From positions 1 to 61,310 of the forward strand of contig NZ_JBGVOG010000020.1 of the NCBI RefSeq assembly GCF_045126245.1: DNA of 61,310 nt. Reading direction: 5' to 3'. This stretch comes from Methanobrevibacter sp. (GTDB taxonomy: Archaea; Methanobacteriota; Methanobacteria; Methanobacteriales; Methanobacteriaceae). The position numbers and the translations under genes are program-made. Below, one piece after another: positions 17,026 through 26,237 of this stretch (its first letter is position 1; each line of letters starts with the position of its first letter). The notes under the pieces were generated by a model. The model saw nothing but the letters and a program-made list of their open reading frames with translations, did not search any database and was not told the origin of the DNA.

Positions 17026-18411
17026 TTAAACATGTTTGATATCCGTATAATCGGATATTTCGGAGTTGATTGTGCACAAATCATTGATGTTTAAATCATG
17101 CACATCATTGTGCCCAGTAATCCTTGCAAAGGTTTTCAGCTCCTCAGTTGAAACTCTTAAATAATTTTCAACCCTTTTTGCCGCAGTTTCGATTTTAAGT
17201 CTTTTTCTTAACTCATCATCCTGAGTTGCAACACCAACAGGACAGTCCCCTGTATCACAAATCTTATATTGCTGACAGGCTGCTGCAATCATTGCAGCAG
17301 TCCCAATAGCTACTGCATTGGCACCCATTGCCAATGCCTTTGCAAAATCAGATGAAACTCTCAAACCGCCGGTTATTGTTAAATCAATGTCGCTTTCATT
17401 CTCGTCCAGGTATTTGCGAGCTCTTGAAAGCGCATAGATTGTTGGAACAGATGTTGAATCCCTAATCAATTTCGGACTTGCGCCGGTTGATCCGCCTCTC
17501 CCGTCAATTGTAATGAAATCAGGTTCGGCATATAACACATAATCGAGGTCATCTTCAATTTTACCCGCTGCAAACTTAAGGCCGATCGGACGGCCCAATG
17601 ATTTGGACCTTAACTCATCAACCAAATCCTTCAAATCCTCTTTTGAATTGACTTCAGGAATTGTTGCTGGTGAGTGAATATCCTTGCCTATTTCCTTTCC
17701 CCTGACTTCTGCAATCTCTGCAGTTACCTTTTCGCCTTGAAGCTGCCCTCCAAGACCTGGTTTTGTAGATTGACCAATCTTGATTTCAATGGCATCTGCA
17801 TTTTTCAGATTATCCTCAGTTAGAGAGTATTTGTTCGGAACATACTCAAAAATGTATTTATATGCATTTTCCATCTCATCTGTCAATATTCCACCTTCAC
17901 CACTGCACTGGGCTGTCTTAATGGCTGCACTACCTTTAGCCAAAGCTATTTTTGTCTCCCTTGAAAGAGCACCAAAAGACATGTGAGTAATGTAAATAGG
18001 AGATTCAATGACTAACGGTTTTTTAGCATTCCCACCTATAATTGTTTGAGTGCTAACCTCAACATCGCCTTCCAAAGGCTGCGGGTTCAACTGATTTCCC
18101 AAAATTAAAATGTCATCCCAATTGGGCATTGGAAGCTCGGTATACATTGCCGCAACAATGGATTCGCCTGTAATAGCCATTTGGTGAATCGCATCCATTT
18201 GCCTTATACCCTTATCGCTTTTGGCATAATCTTTATCATAAGCCAAATCAGTGTTTTTAATTTCTTTAGCTTCTGTTGATTTTGAATTTTCAACTTCCAC
18301 AAATTTTGAGATGTCCTGCTTACAGATTGGACATGCATCCAACTCGTTTAATAAAATTCCTGTTGCTTCCTCATTGTGAATATGACCACAAATAGTACAT
18401 TTATAAATCAT
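17026..18411 (-). CDS. Glutamate synthase-related FMN-binding protein with N-terminal rubredoxin-like domain
   Basis: CTICG...CPIC; MSFGALS, SGEGG, IEIKIGQSTKPGLGG, DGRGGSTGA, CQQYKICDTGDCPVGVATQ. Confidence 0.9.
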   Translation of the reverse strand: MIYKCTICGHIHNEEATGILLNELDACPICKQDISKFVEVENSKSTEAKEIKNTDLAYDKDYAKSDKGIRQMDAIHQMAITGESIVAAMYTELPMPNWDDILILGNQLNPQPLEGDVEVSTQTIIGGNAKKPLVIESPIYITHMSFGALSRETKIALAKGSAAIKTAQCSGEGGILTDEMENAYKYIFEYVPNKYSLTEDNLKNADAIEIKIGQSTKPGLGGQLQGEKVTAEIAEVRGKEIGKDIHSPATIPEVNSKEDLKDLVDELRSKSLGRPIGLKFAAGKIEDDLDYVLYAEPDFITIDGRGGSTGASPKLIRDSTSVPTIYALSRARKYLDENESDIDLTITGGLRVSSDFAKALAMGANAVAIGTAAMIAAACQQYKICDTGDCPVGVATQDDELRKRLKIETAAKRVENYLRVSTEELKTFARITGHNDVHDLNINDLCTINSEISDYTDIKHV

Positions 18412-18455
18412 GCAATCACCTTTAATTTATAATATTAAATATTTCAATATCGACA

Positions 18456-19256
18456 TCATTGACAAATTTCATTAATAATCGCTAAAGCGTTGAGAGCTCT
18501 TGGAAAACCAATATAAGGTAGAATTACCGCAATTGCAGAAATTAGTTTTTCCTTTTCATTTCCTACTGCCAAATTGCCTTGAACATGACCTCTCAGTTGA
18601 TTTTCACAACCTCCCAAAGTCGCAATAAATGTGAATGTAATTAATTCACGCTGCTTGTCATCCAAACCATCCCTTGTATAAAAATCGCCGAAACAAAATC
18701 CTTCAAGGAATGTATTGAAATGCTTCTGGTCATCAGGTGTCTGATTTCTCATAATTTCAATGTTTTGCCTGCCAAAATATGACTCCTGGATTTCACGGCC
18801 TTTTTCATGCCTGGTGCTGGGATTAGTGTTTGACCTATTTTTTAAAGGTGACTCGATTCCTTTTTTGTCAAAAACTTTAATGACCACACCGAAAAAATTA
18901 TGCGCTCTTGCAAACCCGACATAAGGAACCGCCTGATACAAAAGTTCCTTGACTTCCTCAGGTGAAATATCCTTATCCAAAGCGGAGAGTAATATTTTTT
19001 TAAATGACTTCGGAGATTGTGCAGCAATTAAAGAAGCCAATATTACTAAAATTGAGTCCTTTTCACTTAAAGAAGCATATTCAAACACTTCCCCAAATGC
19101 AAAATTTTTAAAGATTTCATGAAATTCAGGGTCGTTTTTTTTGATTATTCCAAAATTGCTAAAAAAATAATTAATGAGATAGCTTATGTTTTTAATATAA
19201 AAAAGCTTATCCACAAAAACAATATTTTCAACATCCAAACTTTTTTCATGACTCAA
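18456..19256 (-). CDS. Carboxymuconolactone decarboxylase family protein (two CMD domains); start uncertain
   Basis: ELLYQAVPYVGF, CFGDFYTRDGLD..QRELIT, PYIGFPRALNA; the first 27 codons look like promoter DNA. Confidence 0.85.
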   Translation of the reverse strand: MSHEKSLDVENIVFVDKLFYIKNISYLINYFFSNFGIIKKNDPEFHEIFKNFAFGEVFEYASLSEKDSILVILASLIAAQSPKSFKKILLSALDKDISPEEVKELLYQAVPYVGFARAHNFFGVVIKVFDKKGIESPLKNRSNTNPSTRHEKGREIQESYFGRQNIEIMRNQTPDDQKHFNTFLEGFCFGDFYTRDGLDDKQRELITFTFIATLGGCENQLRGHVQGNLAVGNEKEKLISAIAVILPYIGFPRALNALAIINEICQ

Positions 19257-19376
19257 TATCTCTTGAAAAGAAGATATTGAAATTTAAAAATTGTAATATA
19301 CATTTTTATATAAAATTAAATAAAAATAATACTAACGAAATTTTAAAGTTGTAAATATAATAAGGTGGATTTAAAC

Positions 19377-21182
19377 ATGGTTGATTTAATAGACGGAATA
19401 TTGAACAGTCGGCATAACATACGGGAAATAATACAAAACGACGCCAAATCAGCATTTGTAAATCCAATTGCAATTCTTCTTTTAATAGCAATCATTATAT
19501 TGCCTTCCTTATATGGGCTAATTAACATTTATGCATGTTGGGATCCTTATGAAAATACTGATCATGTCCAATTTGCAATAGCTAATGAAGATAAAGGAGC
19601 CACATATGAAAATGTGAGCATAGATGCTGGTGGCGATTTGGTTGAAATGCTTGAAAATAATACTGATTTTGATTGGGTATTCGTGAGCTCGGATGAACTG
19701 CGGCAGGGCGTGCATAATGGAAAATATTATGCAGGTATGATAATACCCGCCAACTTCAGTGAATCGATTGTATCCATTACAACAGATGACCCCCATTCAG
19801 CTAGACTAGAATATATTGTTAATGAAAAATATCCTGTAGCGGCTAAATTGTCAGATGCCGCCGCAAAAGCAGTATATAACAATATCAATGCTGAAATCGT
19901 TACTTTTATTAATCTGGCAGCTTATGATAAACTCGGAGAATTGGAATCCGGACTGGCTTCAGGAGCAGCACAAATGTCAAGCGGTGCAGTTCTCTTGTCC
20001 AATGGAGCGGGCCAGGTAGGCAGCGGAGCAAGTCAGGTTTCAAGCGGTGCGGCACAATTATCCGACGGTGCAGGTCAGTTGGCAGACGGTGCCAATCAAT
20101 TGGCTGATGGTGCAAGTCAAGTGGCTGGAGGTACTCAACAGGCATATGACAAAGTAAATACTTATAACACCGCCGTTCATGATGTTACTAATTTTGTTAG
20201 AGAAAATCATCCTGATTCTGAGTTTATAAAAGAATGGATGGATAGTGTTGATACTAAAGCAGATAATGTTACAGGCAAAGTTCAGCAGTTGAATGATGGT
20301 GCAAGTCAGGTAGCTAGCGGTTCTGCATCCTTAGCATCCAATACTGGCAGACTTAAAGGAGGCGTGGATGAACTATCTCAAGGATCAATAAGCTTGGCTG
20401 CTGGTGCGCAATTACTTGCAAATTCCGCTGCTTCAGCATTATTTACAGCATCCAGTTCATTGGCTTCAGCGGCAGGTTCACTCTCTGATGTAACCGGATT
20501 GAATGACAGTCAAGTAGGAGACTATTTCTACGCACCTGTAAAACTGGATAGATATGCAGAATTTGAAACCAGCAATTTCGGTTCCCAGGTTGCAGCATTT
20601 TATCTGGTTTTATCAATGTGGGTTGGTGGATTGATTACTACTGTAATTTTATCTGTCGGAACAAGTATCGGCACCCCATATAAACCTCATGAAATGTATT
20701 TCGGTAAAATGTTGCTGTTCAACATAATAGCAATACTGCAAACTACAGTAACACTAATCGGAGCATTCCTCCTTGGAATTGATGTTCACAATCCTGTAAT
20801 GTTCATCTTTTCGTGTTATTTTGTTGCAATAATATTCATGACAATAATATACTCCCTAATATCACTATTCGGAAAGGTGGGAGATGGTATTGCAATAATC
20901 TTGCTGGTATTCCAAATATCCGGTACCGGTGGTATATATCCTGTTGAAATCATGCACAAAATCTTTGCAGTAATGTCACCGTATCTGCCGATGACTCATG
21001 CAATAAACATAGTGCGTGAATCACAGCTCGGTTTAATCTGGAGCAATTATATACCTTCATACATGTTCCTATTGGTAGCAGGAATAATTGTAACCCTGGC
21101 ATCAATTATTCTAAAACAAAGATTTGATAAACGTACAAAATATTTCGAAGAAAAATTAGAAGAATCCGACATCTTTAATTAG
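19377..21182 (+). CDS. YhgE/Pip family membrane protein
   Basis: LPSLYG..NIYACWDPY, IANEDKG, GKYYAG.IIP.NFS, QLADGA heptad repeats, LSMWVG, QISGTGGIYP. Confidence 0.9.
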   Translation: MVDLIDGILNSRHNIREIIQNDAKSAFVNPIAILLLIAIIILPSLYGLINIYACWDPYENTDHVQFAIANEDKGATYENVSIDAGGDLVEMLENNTDFDWVFVSSDELRQGVHNGKYYAGMIIPANFSESIVSITTDDPHSARLEYIVNEKYPVAAKLSDAAAKAVYNNINAEIVTFINLAAYDKLGELESGLASGAAQMSSGAVLLSNGAGQVGSGASQVSSGAAQLSDGAGQLADGANQLADGASQVAGGTQQAYDKVNTYNTAVHDVTNFVRENHPDSEFIKEWMDSVDTKADNVTGKVQQLNDGASQVASGSASLASNTGRLKGGVDELSQGSISLAAGAQLLANSAASALFTASSSLASAAGSLSDVTGLNDSQVGDYFYAPVKLDRYAEFETSNFGSQVAAFYLVLSMWVGGLITTVILSVGTSIGTPYKPHEMYFGKMLLFNIIAILQTTVTLIGAFLLGIDVHNPVMFIFSCYFVAIIFMTIIYSLISLFGKVGDGIAIILLVFQISGTGGIYPVEIMHKIFAVMSPYLPMTHAINIVRESQLGLIWSNYIPSYMFLLVAGIIVTLASIILKQRFDKRTKYFEEKLEESDIFN

Positions 21183-21431
21183 ATGTTTGTGATTCCATTT
21201 TTTTATTTTTTTAAATTAACCTAATTTTAAATAAGACACTGTTTTTCGTGATGAAATAGCTTCATAAAGAGGGAAAATTAAACATAATCGCCGGCATTAC
21301 CATCAATTTAATGAAGCATCGAAACTAATTGCAGGCAGATTAGTCGAAAAATAACTCATAAATAAAACACCATGCATACCAAAAGACTAACACATTAAAA
21401 AAAAAAGTTAATATCTAAAAAAAGAAAAGTT

Positions 21432-21449
21432 AAGGAGATTAATCTCCTT
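21432..21449. terminator. Perfect 18-bp palindrome over the stop of the symporter accessory gene; likely terminator
   Basis: AAGGAGATTAATCTCCTT, followed on the minus strand by T-rich tracts. Confidence 0.5.
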
Positions 21450-21552
21450 TATTCCAGTTTACAATACCATAAACAATACATAAAAGTGTAGATAATATAA
21501 TTCCAAGATATACTCCCCAAATCCATGGGTCTTCAATTCCTAAAATCGCCAT
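21439..21552 (-). CDS. Symporter small accessory membrane protein, 37 aa (not in ORF track)
   Basis: MAILGIEDPWIWGVYLGIILSTLLCIVYGIVNWNKGD*; LGI.DP.I...Y...CIVYG..NWN pattern; TAATG overlap with the symporter stop. Confidence 0.85.
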   Translation of the reverse strand: MAILGIEDPWIWGVYLGIILSTLLCIVYGIVNWNKGD

Positions 21553-23162
21553 TATACATCACTTCCTTTTGTATCAATGCTTTCAAATGCCTTATCGACA
21601 ACCTCTTTAGCCGGAGGCTGGGTAAGTAAACTTACAACTATTGTAAATATTGCTGAAACCGGAACTGCTATTAACATTACATCAATGAACGGCCATGGTG
21701 CCGCAGGCAGGATTGTTTCAACGCCAAGCAGGAATTTACATATTCCAAGGCCAACTGCAGTCTTTTTGAATACGAATATCAGCCAGAACAGGCTCATGAA
21801 TGTTCCGGATAGGATTCCTGCAATAGCACCGAGCCTTGTAATGCCTTTCCAGTAAAGTGCGCCTAAGAAAACCGGCAGGAATGCTGCTGCACAGATTTCA
21901 AAGAACAAGCTTGTACCCAATGCAACCACACTTCCAGGAAGTGAAAATGCCATTACCAAAGCTAAAAGAATAGCTATTAAAATACCCACTCTTGAAATTG
22001 AAACATCATCCAGTTTCCTTTTGCTTTTATCCCTTAATGTTGAGTAGATATCTACACCGAATGCAGTTCCCTGGGTGTGCAATTGAGAAGATATTGTTGA
22101 CATTGCTGCCGCAATTAAAGAAAGCAGGAAAATGTATACGAACCATTCTGGCAGAGCCATTGTAATGAATGTTGGAATAATCTTGTCAATATTTCCTCCA
22201 ACCACATCCACTGCAATCTTGCCTAATTTATCCATGAAATATACATTTGAAAGAGATCCTACAATATATGCAGTAGTCGGCATGATTGCAATGAAAATAC
22301 CTCCAATCAAAACGGACCTGTTAAGTTCCTTATCGGATTTGACTGTCATGAATCTTACAATCAAAGAAGGTTGAGCAAGCACACCAATACCCACACCGAT
22401 TAAAGTTGATGAAACTAAAGACCACCAGAATGGTGTTCCAAACTCCGGAAACGAAGTCCAGCCCGTTCCACCCGTTGCTATCGCATCGGCAGGGTATAAG
22501 TTAACCATACCTGAAAGTGCTGTATTTGAAGTGCTTACACCTCCAAGCAACCAATATACAAATACCAGCAGGAATATCATTGCAACAACCATGATTGTAC
22601 CTTGAAGTGCATCAGTATACATCACACCACGGATTCCACCGAACAATACATAAAATGTGATAATTATTGATAAGATTAAAAGTGCAATACTAAAATCAAT
22701 TAATAATGAAGATTCCAAAAATCTTGCAGCTCCAATCAACACAACCGCCGCATAGATTGGCATTGCACAGAAAATAATCAAACCAGAAACATATTGGATA
22801 AACTTACTGTCAAAACGTTTTCCTAAAAACTCAGGGAATGTCAAAGACCCCAAAGAATGGCCCATTCTACGAGTTCTTTTTCCCAAGAATACGAATGCTA
22901 TGAACACCCCTATAATAATGTTTAAGAATGCCAACCATAGAACACTCATACCATATTCACCTGCAACTCCTCCAAATCCAACGATTGCCGCTGTCGAAAT
23001 GAATGTTGCTCCATAACTCATTGCCATAATGAATGGGTGAGTGTCCTTACCAGCAATCATAAAGTCTTCAGAGGAATTAGTTTTCTTATATGCATAATAA
23101 CCTACAAATACCAAAGCAAATATGTAGACTATAAATACAATTGCTAAAATCATTACATCCAT
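21552..23162 (-). CDS. Sodium:solute symporter (SSS) family protein
   Basis: SYGATFISTAAIVGFGG, GGIRGVMYTDALQG, RFMTVKS, AAAMST; ATG 23162 after GAGGT. Confidence 0.93.
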   Translation of the reverse strand: MDVMILAIVFIVYIFALVFVGYYAYKKTNSSEDFMIAGKDTHPFIMAMSYGATFISTAAIVGFGGVAGEYGMSVLWLAFLNIIIGVFIAFVFLGKRTRRMGHSLGSLTFPEFLGKRFDSKFIQYVSGLIIFCAMPIYAAVVLIGAARFLESSLLIDFSIALLILSIIITFYVLFGGIRGVMYTDALQGTIMVVAMIFLLVFVYWLLGGVSTSNTALSGMVNLYPADAIATGGTGWTSFPEFGTPFWWSLVSSTLIGVGIGVLAQPSLIVRFMTVKSDKELNRSVLIGGIFIAIMPTTAYIVGSLSNVYFMDKLGKIAVDVVGGNIDKIIPTFITMALPEWFVYIFLLSLIAAAMSTISSQLHTQGTAFGVDIYSTLRDKSKRKLDDVSISRVGILIAILLALVMAFSLPGSVVALGTSLFFEICAAAFLPVFLGALYWKGITRLGAIAGILSGTFMSLFWLIFVFKKTAVGLGICKFLLGVETILPAAPWPFIDVMLIAVPVSAIFTIVVSLLTQPPAKEVVDKAFESIDTKGSDV

Positions 23163-23395
23163 AAATGATACCTCAAAAATTAAAAACTTGATATTACACT
23201 TAAATTTATAAATGTATAGATATATAAATATTAGCATAAAGATACATTGATGTACAATAATGTGCATAGTAATAATTTTGAAATCTGATTAAATCAGAAT
23301 TGCCAGTTCAAATATTATATTAAAATAATATAACATTTAATATAAATGAAATATAATAATTAAACATAATTAGAAAATTTACTAACAGGGATAAT

Positions 23396-24697
23396 ATGTT
23401 TTGGAATGAAGAAGCGGAATGTATGGGAAATGATGAAAAAGAAGAAATACAACTGAAAAGACTTCAGGAGACCGTGAAATTGGCATATGAAAATGTCGAA
23501 TTTTACAAAAAAAGATTTGATGAAGCAGGAATAAAACCTGAAGATATTAAAACTTTAAAAGATATTGAAAAAATACCATTCACCACAAAAAATGATTTAA
23601 GAGAAGCTTACCCGTTAGGATTGCTTGCAGTTCCTCGAGAAGAAATCGTAGAGGTTCACGCATCATCAGGAACAACCGGAAAACCAACCGTGACAGCATA
23701 CACACAAAATGATTTGGACATATGGGGAGAATGTATTGCGCGCGGACTTAAAATGGCCGGAGCTGAAAAAGAATACATTATCCAAAATGCTTACGGCTAT
23801 GGCCTGTTCACAGGAGGATTCGGTATTCACCACGGCGGAAATAAGATGGGTGCAATTACAATACCTATTTCCGCAGGAAACACCAAAAGACAGCTCGATA
23901 CAATGGTGGATTTCCAAAGTGAAATCCTAACCTGCACTCCATCTTATGCAATGTATTTAGGAGAATCAAGAGAAAAAGCAGGAATTCCTCTAGAGGACAT
24001 CAACTTAAAAATAGGAATCCACGGAGCCGAAATGTGGACTGATGAAATGAGAAAAAGAATCGAATCCTCACTTGGTATCAAAACACATAACATTTATGGA
24101 TTAACAGAAGTAATGGGTCCGGGCGTTGCTCAAGAATGCGATCAACAAAACGGAATGCACATTCAGGATGACCACTTCTATCCGGAAATCATTAATCCGA
24201 AAACTGGCGAAACCCTAGGGTATGGCGAAAAAGGAGAACTTGTTCTAACTTCACTTACCAAAACAGGAATGCCTATTATAAGATTCAGAACAAAAGATCT
24301 AACTTCACTCATCGGGGAAAAATGTGAATGTGGAAGAACAACCGTAAGAATGACTAGAATCACCGGAAGAAGTGATGATATGTTGAAAATCAAAGGCGTT
24401 ATGGTATTCCCATCACAAATTGAAAAGGCATTGCTTAAAATCGAAGGTGCCAGTCCTAACTACATGATTCACGTAACAAGACCGGACATTTTAGATGAAG
24501 TTGAAGTTAAGGTAGAAGCTACAAAAGATTTATTCTCAGACGAAATGAAAGAAATGGAAAGAGTGGAAAAGCAAATCCAAGCGGCAATCAGATCAGAAAC
24601 CGGATTGAGGGTAGACGTGACACTCTGTGAACCGGAATCATTACCAAGAAGTGAAGGTAAAGCTGTTCGCGTAATCGATGAAAGAAAATTTGAATAG
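23396..24697 (+). CDS. paaK: Phenylacetate--CoA ligase
   Basis: [43 protein letters not shown]. Confidence 0.93.
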   Translation: MFWNEEAECMGNDEKEEIQLKRLQETVKLAYENVEFYKKRFDEAGIKPEDIKTLKDIEKIPFTTKNDLREAYPLGLLAVPREEIVEVHASSGTTGKPTVTAYTQNDLDIWGECIARGLKMAGAEKEYIIQNAYGYGLFTGGFGIHHGGNKMGAITIPISAGNTKRQLDTMVDFQSEILTCTPSYAMYLGESREKAGIPLEDINLKIGIHGAEMWTDEMRKRIESSLGIKTHNIYGLTEVMGPGVAQECDQQNGMHIQDDHFYPEIINPKTGETLGYGEKGELVLTSLTKTGMPIIRFRTKDLTSLIGEKCECGRTTVRMTRITGRSDDMLKIKGVMVFPSQIEKALLKIEGASPNYMIHVTRPDILDEVEVKVEATKDLFSDEMKEMERVEKQIQAAIRSETGLRVDVTLCEPESLPRSEGKAVRVIDERKFE

Positions 24698-24705
24698 GTG
24701 ATAAA

Positions 24706-25137
24706 ATGGCAGTGAAACAAATTTCAATTTTCGTAGAAAACAAAGAAGGAAGAATTAAAAAGGCTATTGACACATTAGCTAAAGAAAACATCAATATTCG
24801 TGCTCTTTCAATAGCAGATACTTCAAAATATGGAATTTTAAGATTAATTGTTTCAGATAATGAAAAGGCAATAGCTGCACTTGAAAAAGATGGTTTTATT
24901 GTAAAGGAAAATGAAGTAATTATCTTGTCCGTTCCGGATGAACCTAACGGATTAAATTCCACATTGGCCGTTTTTGATGAAAAAGGAATAAACCTGGAAT
25001 ACTTATATGCTTTTGTAAGCAGCAATAGCGACGAAGCCATTGTAGTCATGAGACTGGAAAATATGGAAAAAGCTATTGACGCATTAAATGAAAGCAACGT
25101 TAAAATACTAGATGAAAACGACATTAAAGATTTATAG
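24706..25137 (+). CDS. ACT-domain protein (typical paaK partner)
   Basis: QISIFVENKEG, INIRALSIADT..YGILRLIV, INLEYLYAF. Confidence 0.9.
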   Translation: MAVKQISIFVENKEGRIKKAIDTLAKENINIRALSIADTSKYGILRLIVSDNEKAIAALEKDGFIVKENEVIILSVPDEPNGLNSTLAVFDEKGINLEYLYAFVSSNSDEAIVVMRLENMEKAIDALNESNVKILDENDIKDL

Positions 25138-25169
25138 AAAAGATTAACCTCTTTTCTACACTATTTTTT
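25135..25169 (+). terminator. Hairpin plus T-tract terminator
   Basis: TAGAAAAGA-ttaacc-TCTTTTCTA followed by a T-run. Confidence 0.55.
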
Positions 25170-25314
25170 AAAAAGTTACAGGAACTAAAAAAGAGAAACT
25201 GAAGAGAAATATCTCTTTTCTACAAATTGTTCTTGTTTTTAATTTCAATGATTTTTTCACAATAATAGAAAATAAAAGCAATTTATGCAAAATTAAAAAA
25301 AATAAAAAAAGTAG

Positions 25315-25593
25315 CTAAAATTCTTTAAGCATTTTAGCTATATCTTCTTTGGAATAACCTAAACGAACAAAAAGAGCTTTAAGAGGTTCTGTTTCAGGAA
25401 TAACCCCTAACTCTTTCCAATTTTTAAAATCGTTTTTCATTATTCCATTAATTAAAAGTTGAATAGTGATTAAATCATCACTTTTAACAGCAATGAATGC
25501 ATCTTCATCATCAAAAATATTATCCGGGTCAATTAGGGAAATACTTCCGTTTACCTCTCTTTTAACAATTGCATTATCAATTTTGTAAGCCAT
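25315..25593 (-). CDS. Hypothetical protein, 92 aa
   Basis: Clean ORF with plausible composition downstream of iorB; no motif recognised. Confidence 0.65.
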   Translation of the reverse strand: MAYKIDNAIVKREVNGSISLIDPDNIFDDEDAFIAVKSDDLITIQLLINGIMKNDFKNWKELGVIPETEPLKALFVRLGYSKEDIAKMLKEF

Positions 25594-25648
25594 AATACCA
25601 CAACTTCATTATATACTAAAAGTTTTATCTTAAATACTATTTATATTT

Positions 25649-26233
25649 TTAACCTTTGATGGATTTATATCCGCTTTCGATAGCCTTTAAATTCATGTCA
25701 TGGAATTTAGGTTTTAAATTATTTTTCATTGCATCAATTACAGACTCCTTTGACAACGGAAAATTATCATCTGCAGTGACTGCACCCAATAAAACCATGT
25801 TTAATGCTAAAACACTTCCTGCTTCGATGGCTAATTTAGTCCCATCAATAGGAAGAACATGCTTGAAATTTTCGTTCAATGTCTTGGTTATGCTATCAAC
25901 ACTAGGATAATCTTTATCAGCGGAAGATGGAATAATCGGATGAGTATTGTAAACAATTTTAGTCTCGCTGTTTGCTTTATCCAATCCCCTTATTGTTTCA
26001 ATTGGTTCGAAAGAAAGTAACATGTCCGCTCCCTGATTTGGAATAATTGAAGAGTTGAATCCGCCAATTTTTAACTCAGTGGAAACAGAACCCCCTCTCT
26101 GAGACATTCCATGAATTTCGCTCATCACTACATCCAAACCTTGGTTCATTGCAGCTTCACCTATAATAGTTGAGGTTTTAATAATTCCCTGACCTCCAAC
26201 ACCACAAATATAAATACTATAATGATTATCCAT
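25649..26233 (-). CDS. iorB: Indolepyruvate:ferredoxin oxidoreductase subunit beta
   Basis: GVGGQG, SEIHGMSQRGGSV, NMVLLGA. Confidence 0.95.
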   Translation of the reverse strand: MDNHYSIYICGVGGQGIIKTSTIIGEAAMNQGLDVVMSEIHGMSQRGGSVSTELKIGGFNSSIIPNQGADMLLSFEPIETIRGLDKANSETKIVYNTHPIIPSSADKDYPSVDSITKTLNENFKHVLPIDGTKLAIEAGSVLALNMVLLGAVTADDNFPLSKESVIDAMKNNLKPKFHDMNLKAIESGYKSIKG

Positions 26234-26237
26234 TTTC

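Noticed and set aside
19950..20480. Short DNA repeats as a CRISPR array or VNTR
   Set aside because: They are degenerate 21-nt coding repeats for the Pip heptads, with no spacers.
21230..21380. Possible pseudogene remnant between pip and the symporter operon
   Set aside because: Only short open stretches (under 30 codons) with no start/RBS or recognisable homology.
24588..25124. 178-aa minus-strand ORF and the many other 60-120-aa nested ORFs in the track
   Set aside because: They lie within or antisense to well-supported genes, are S/F/I-rich, and show no recognisable motifs.
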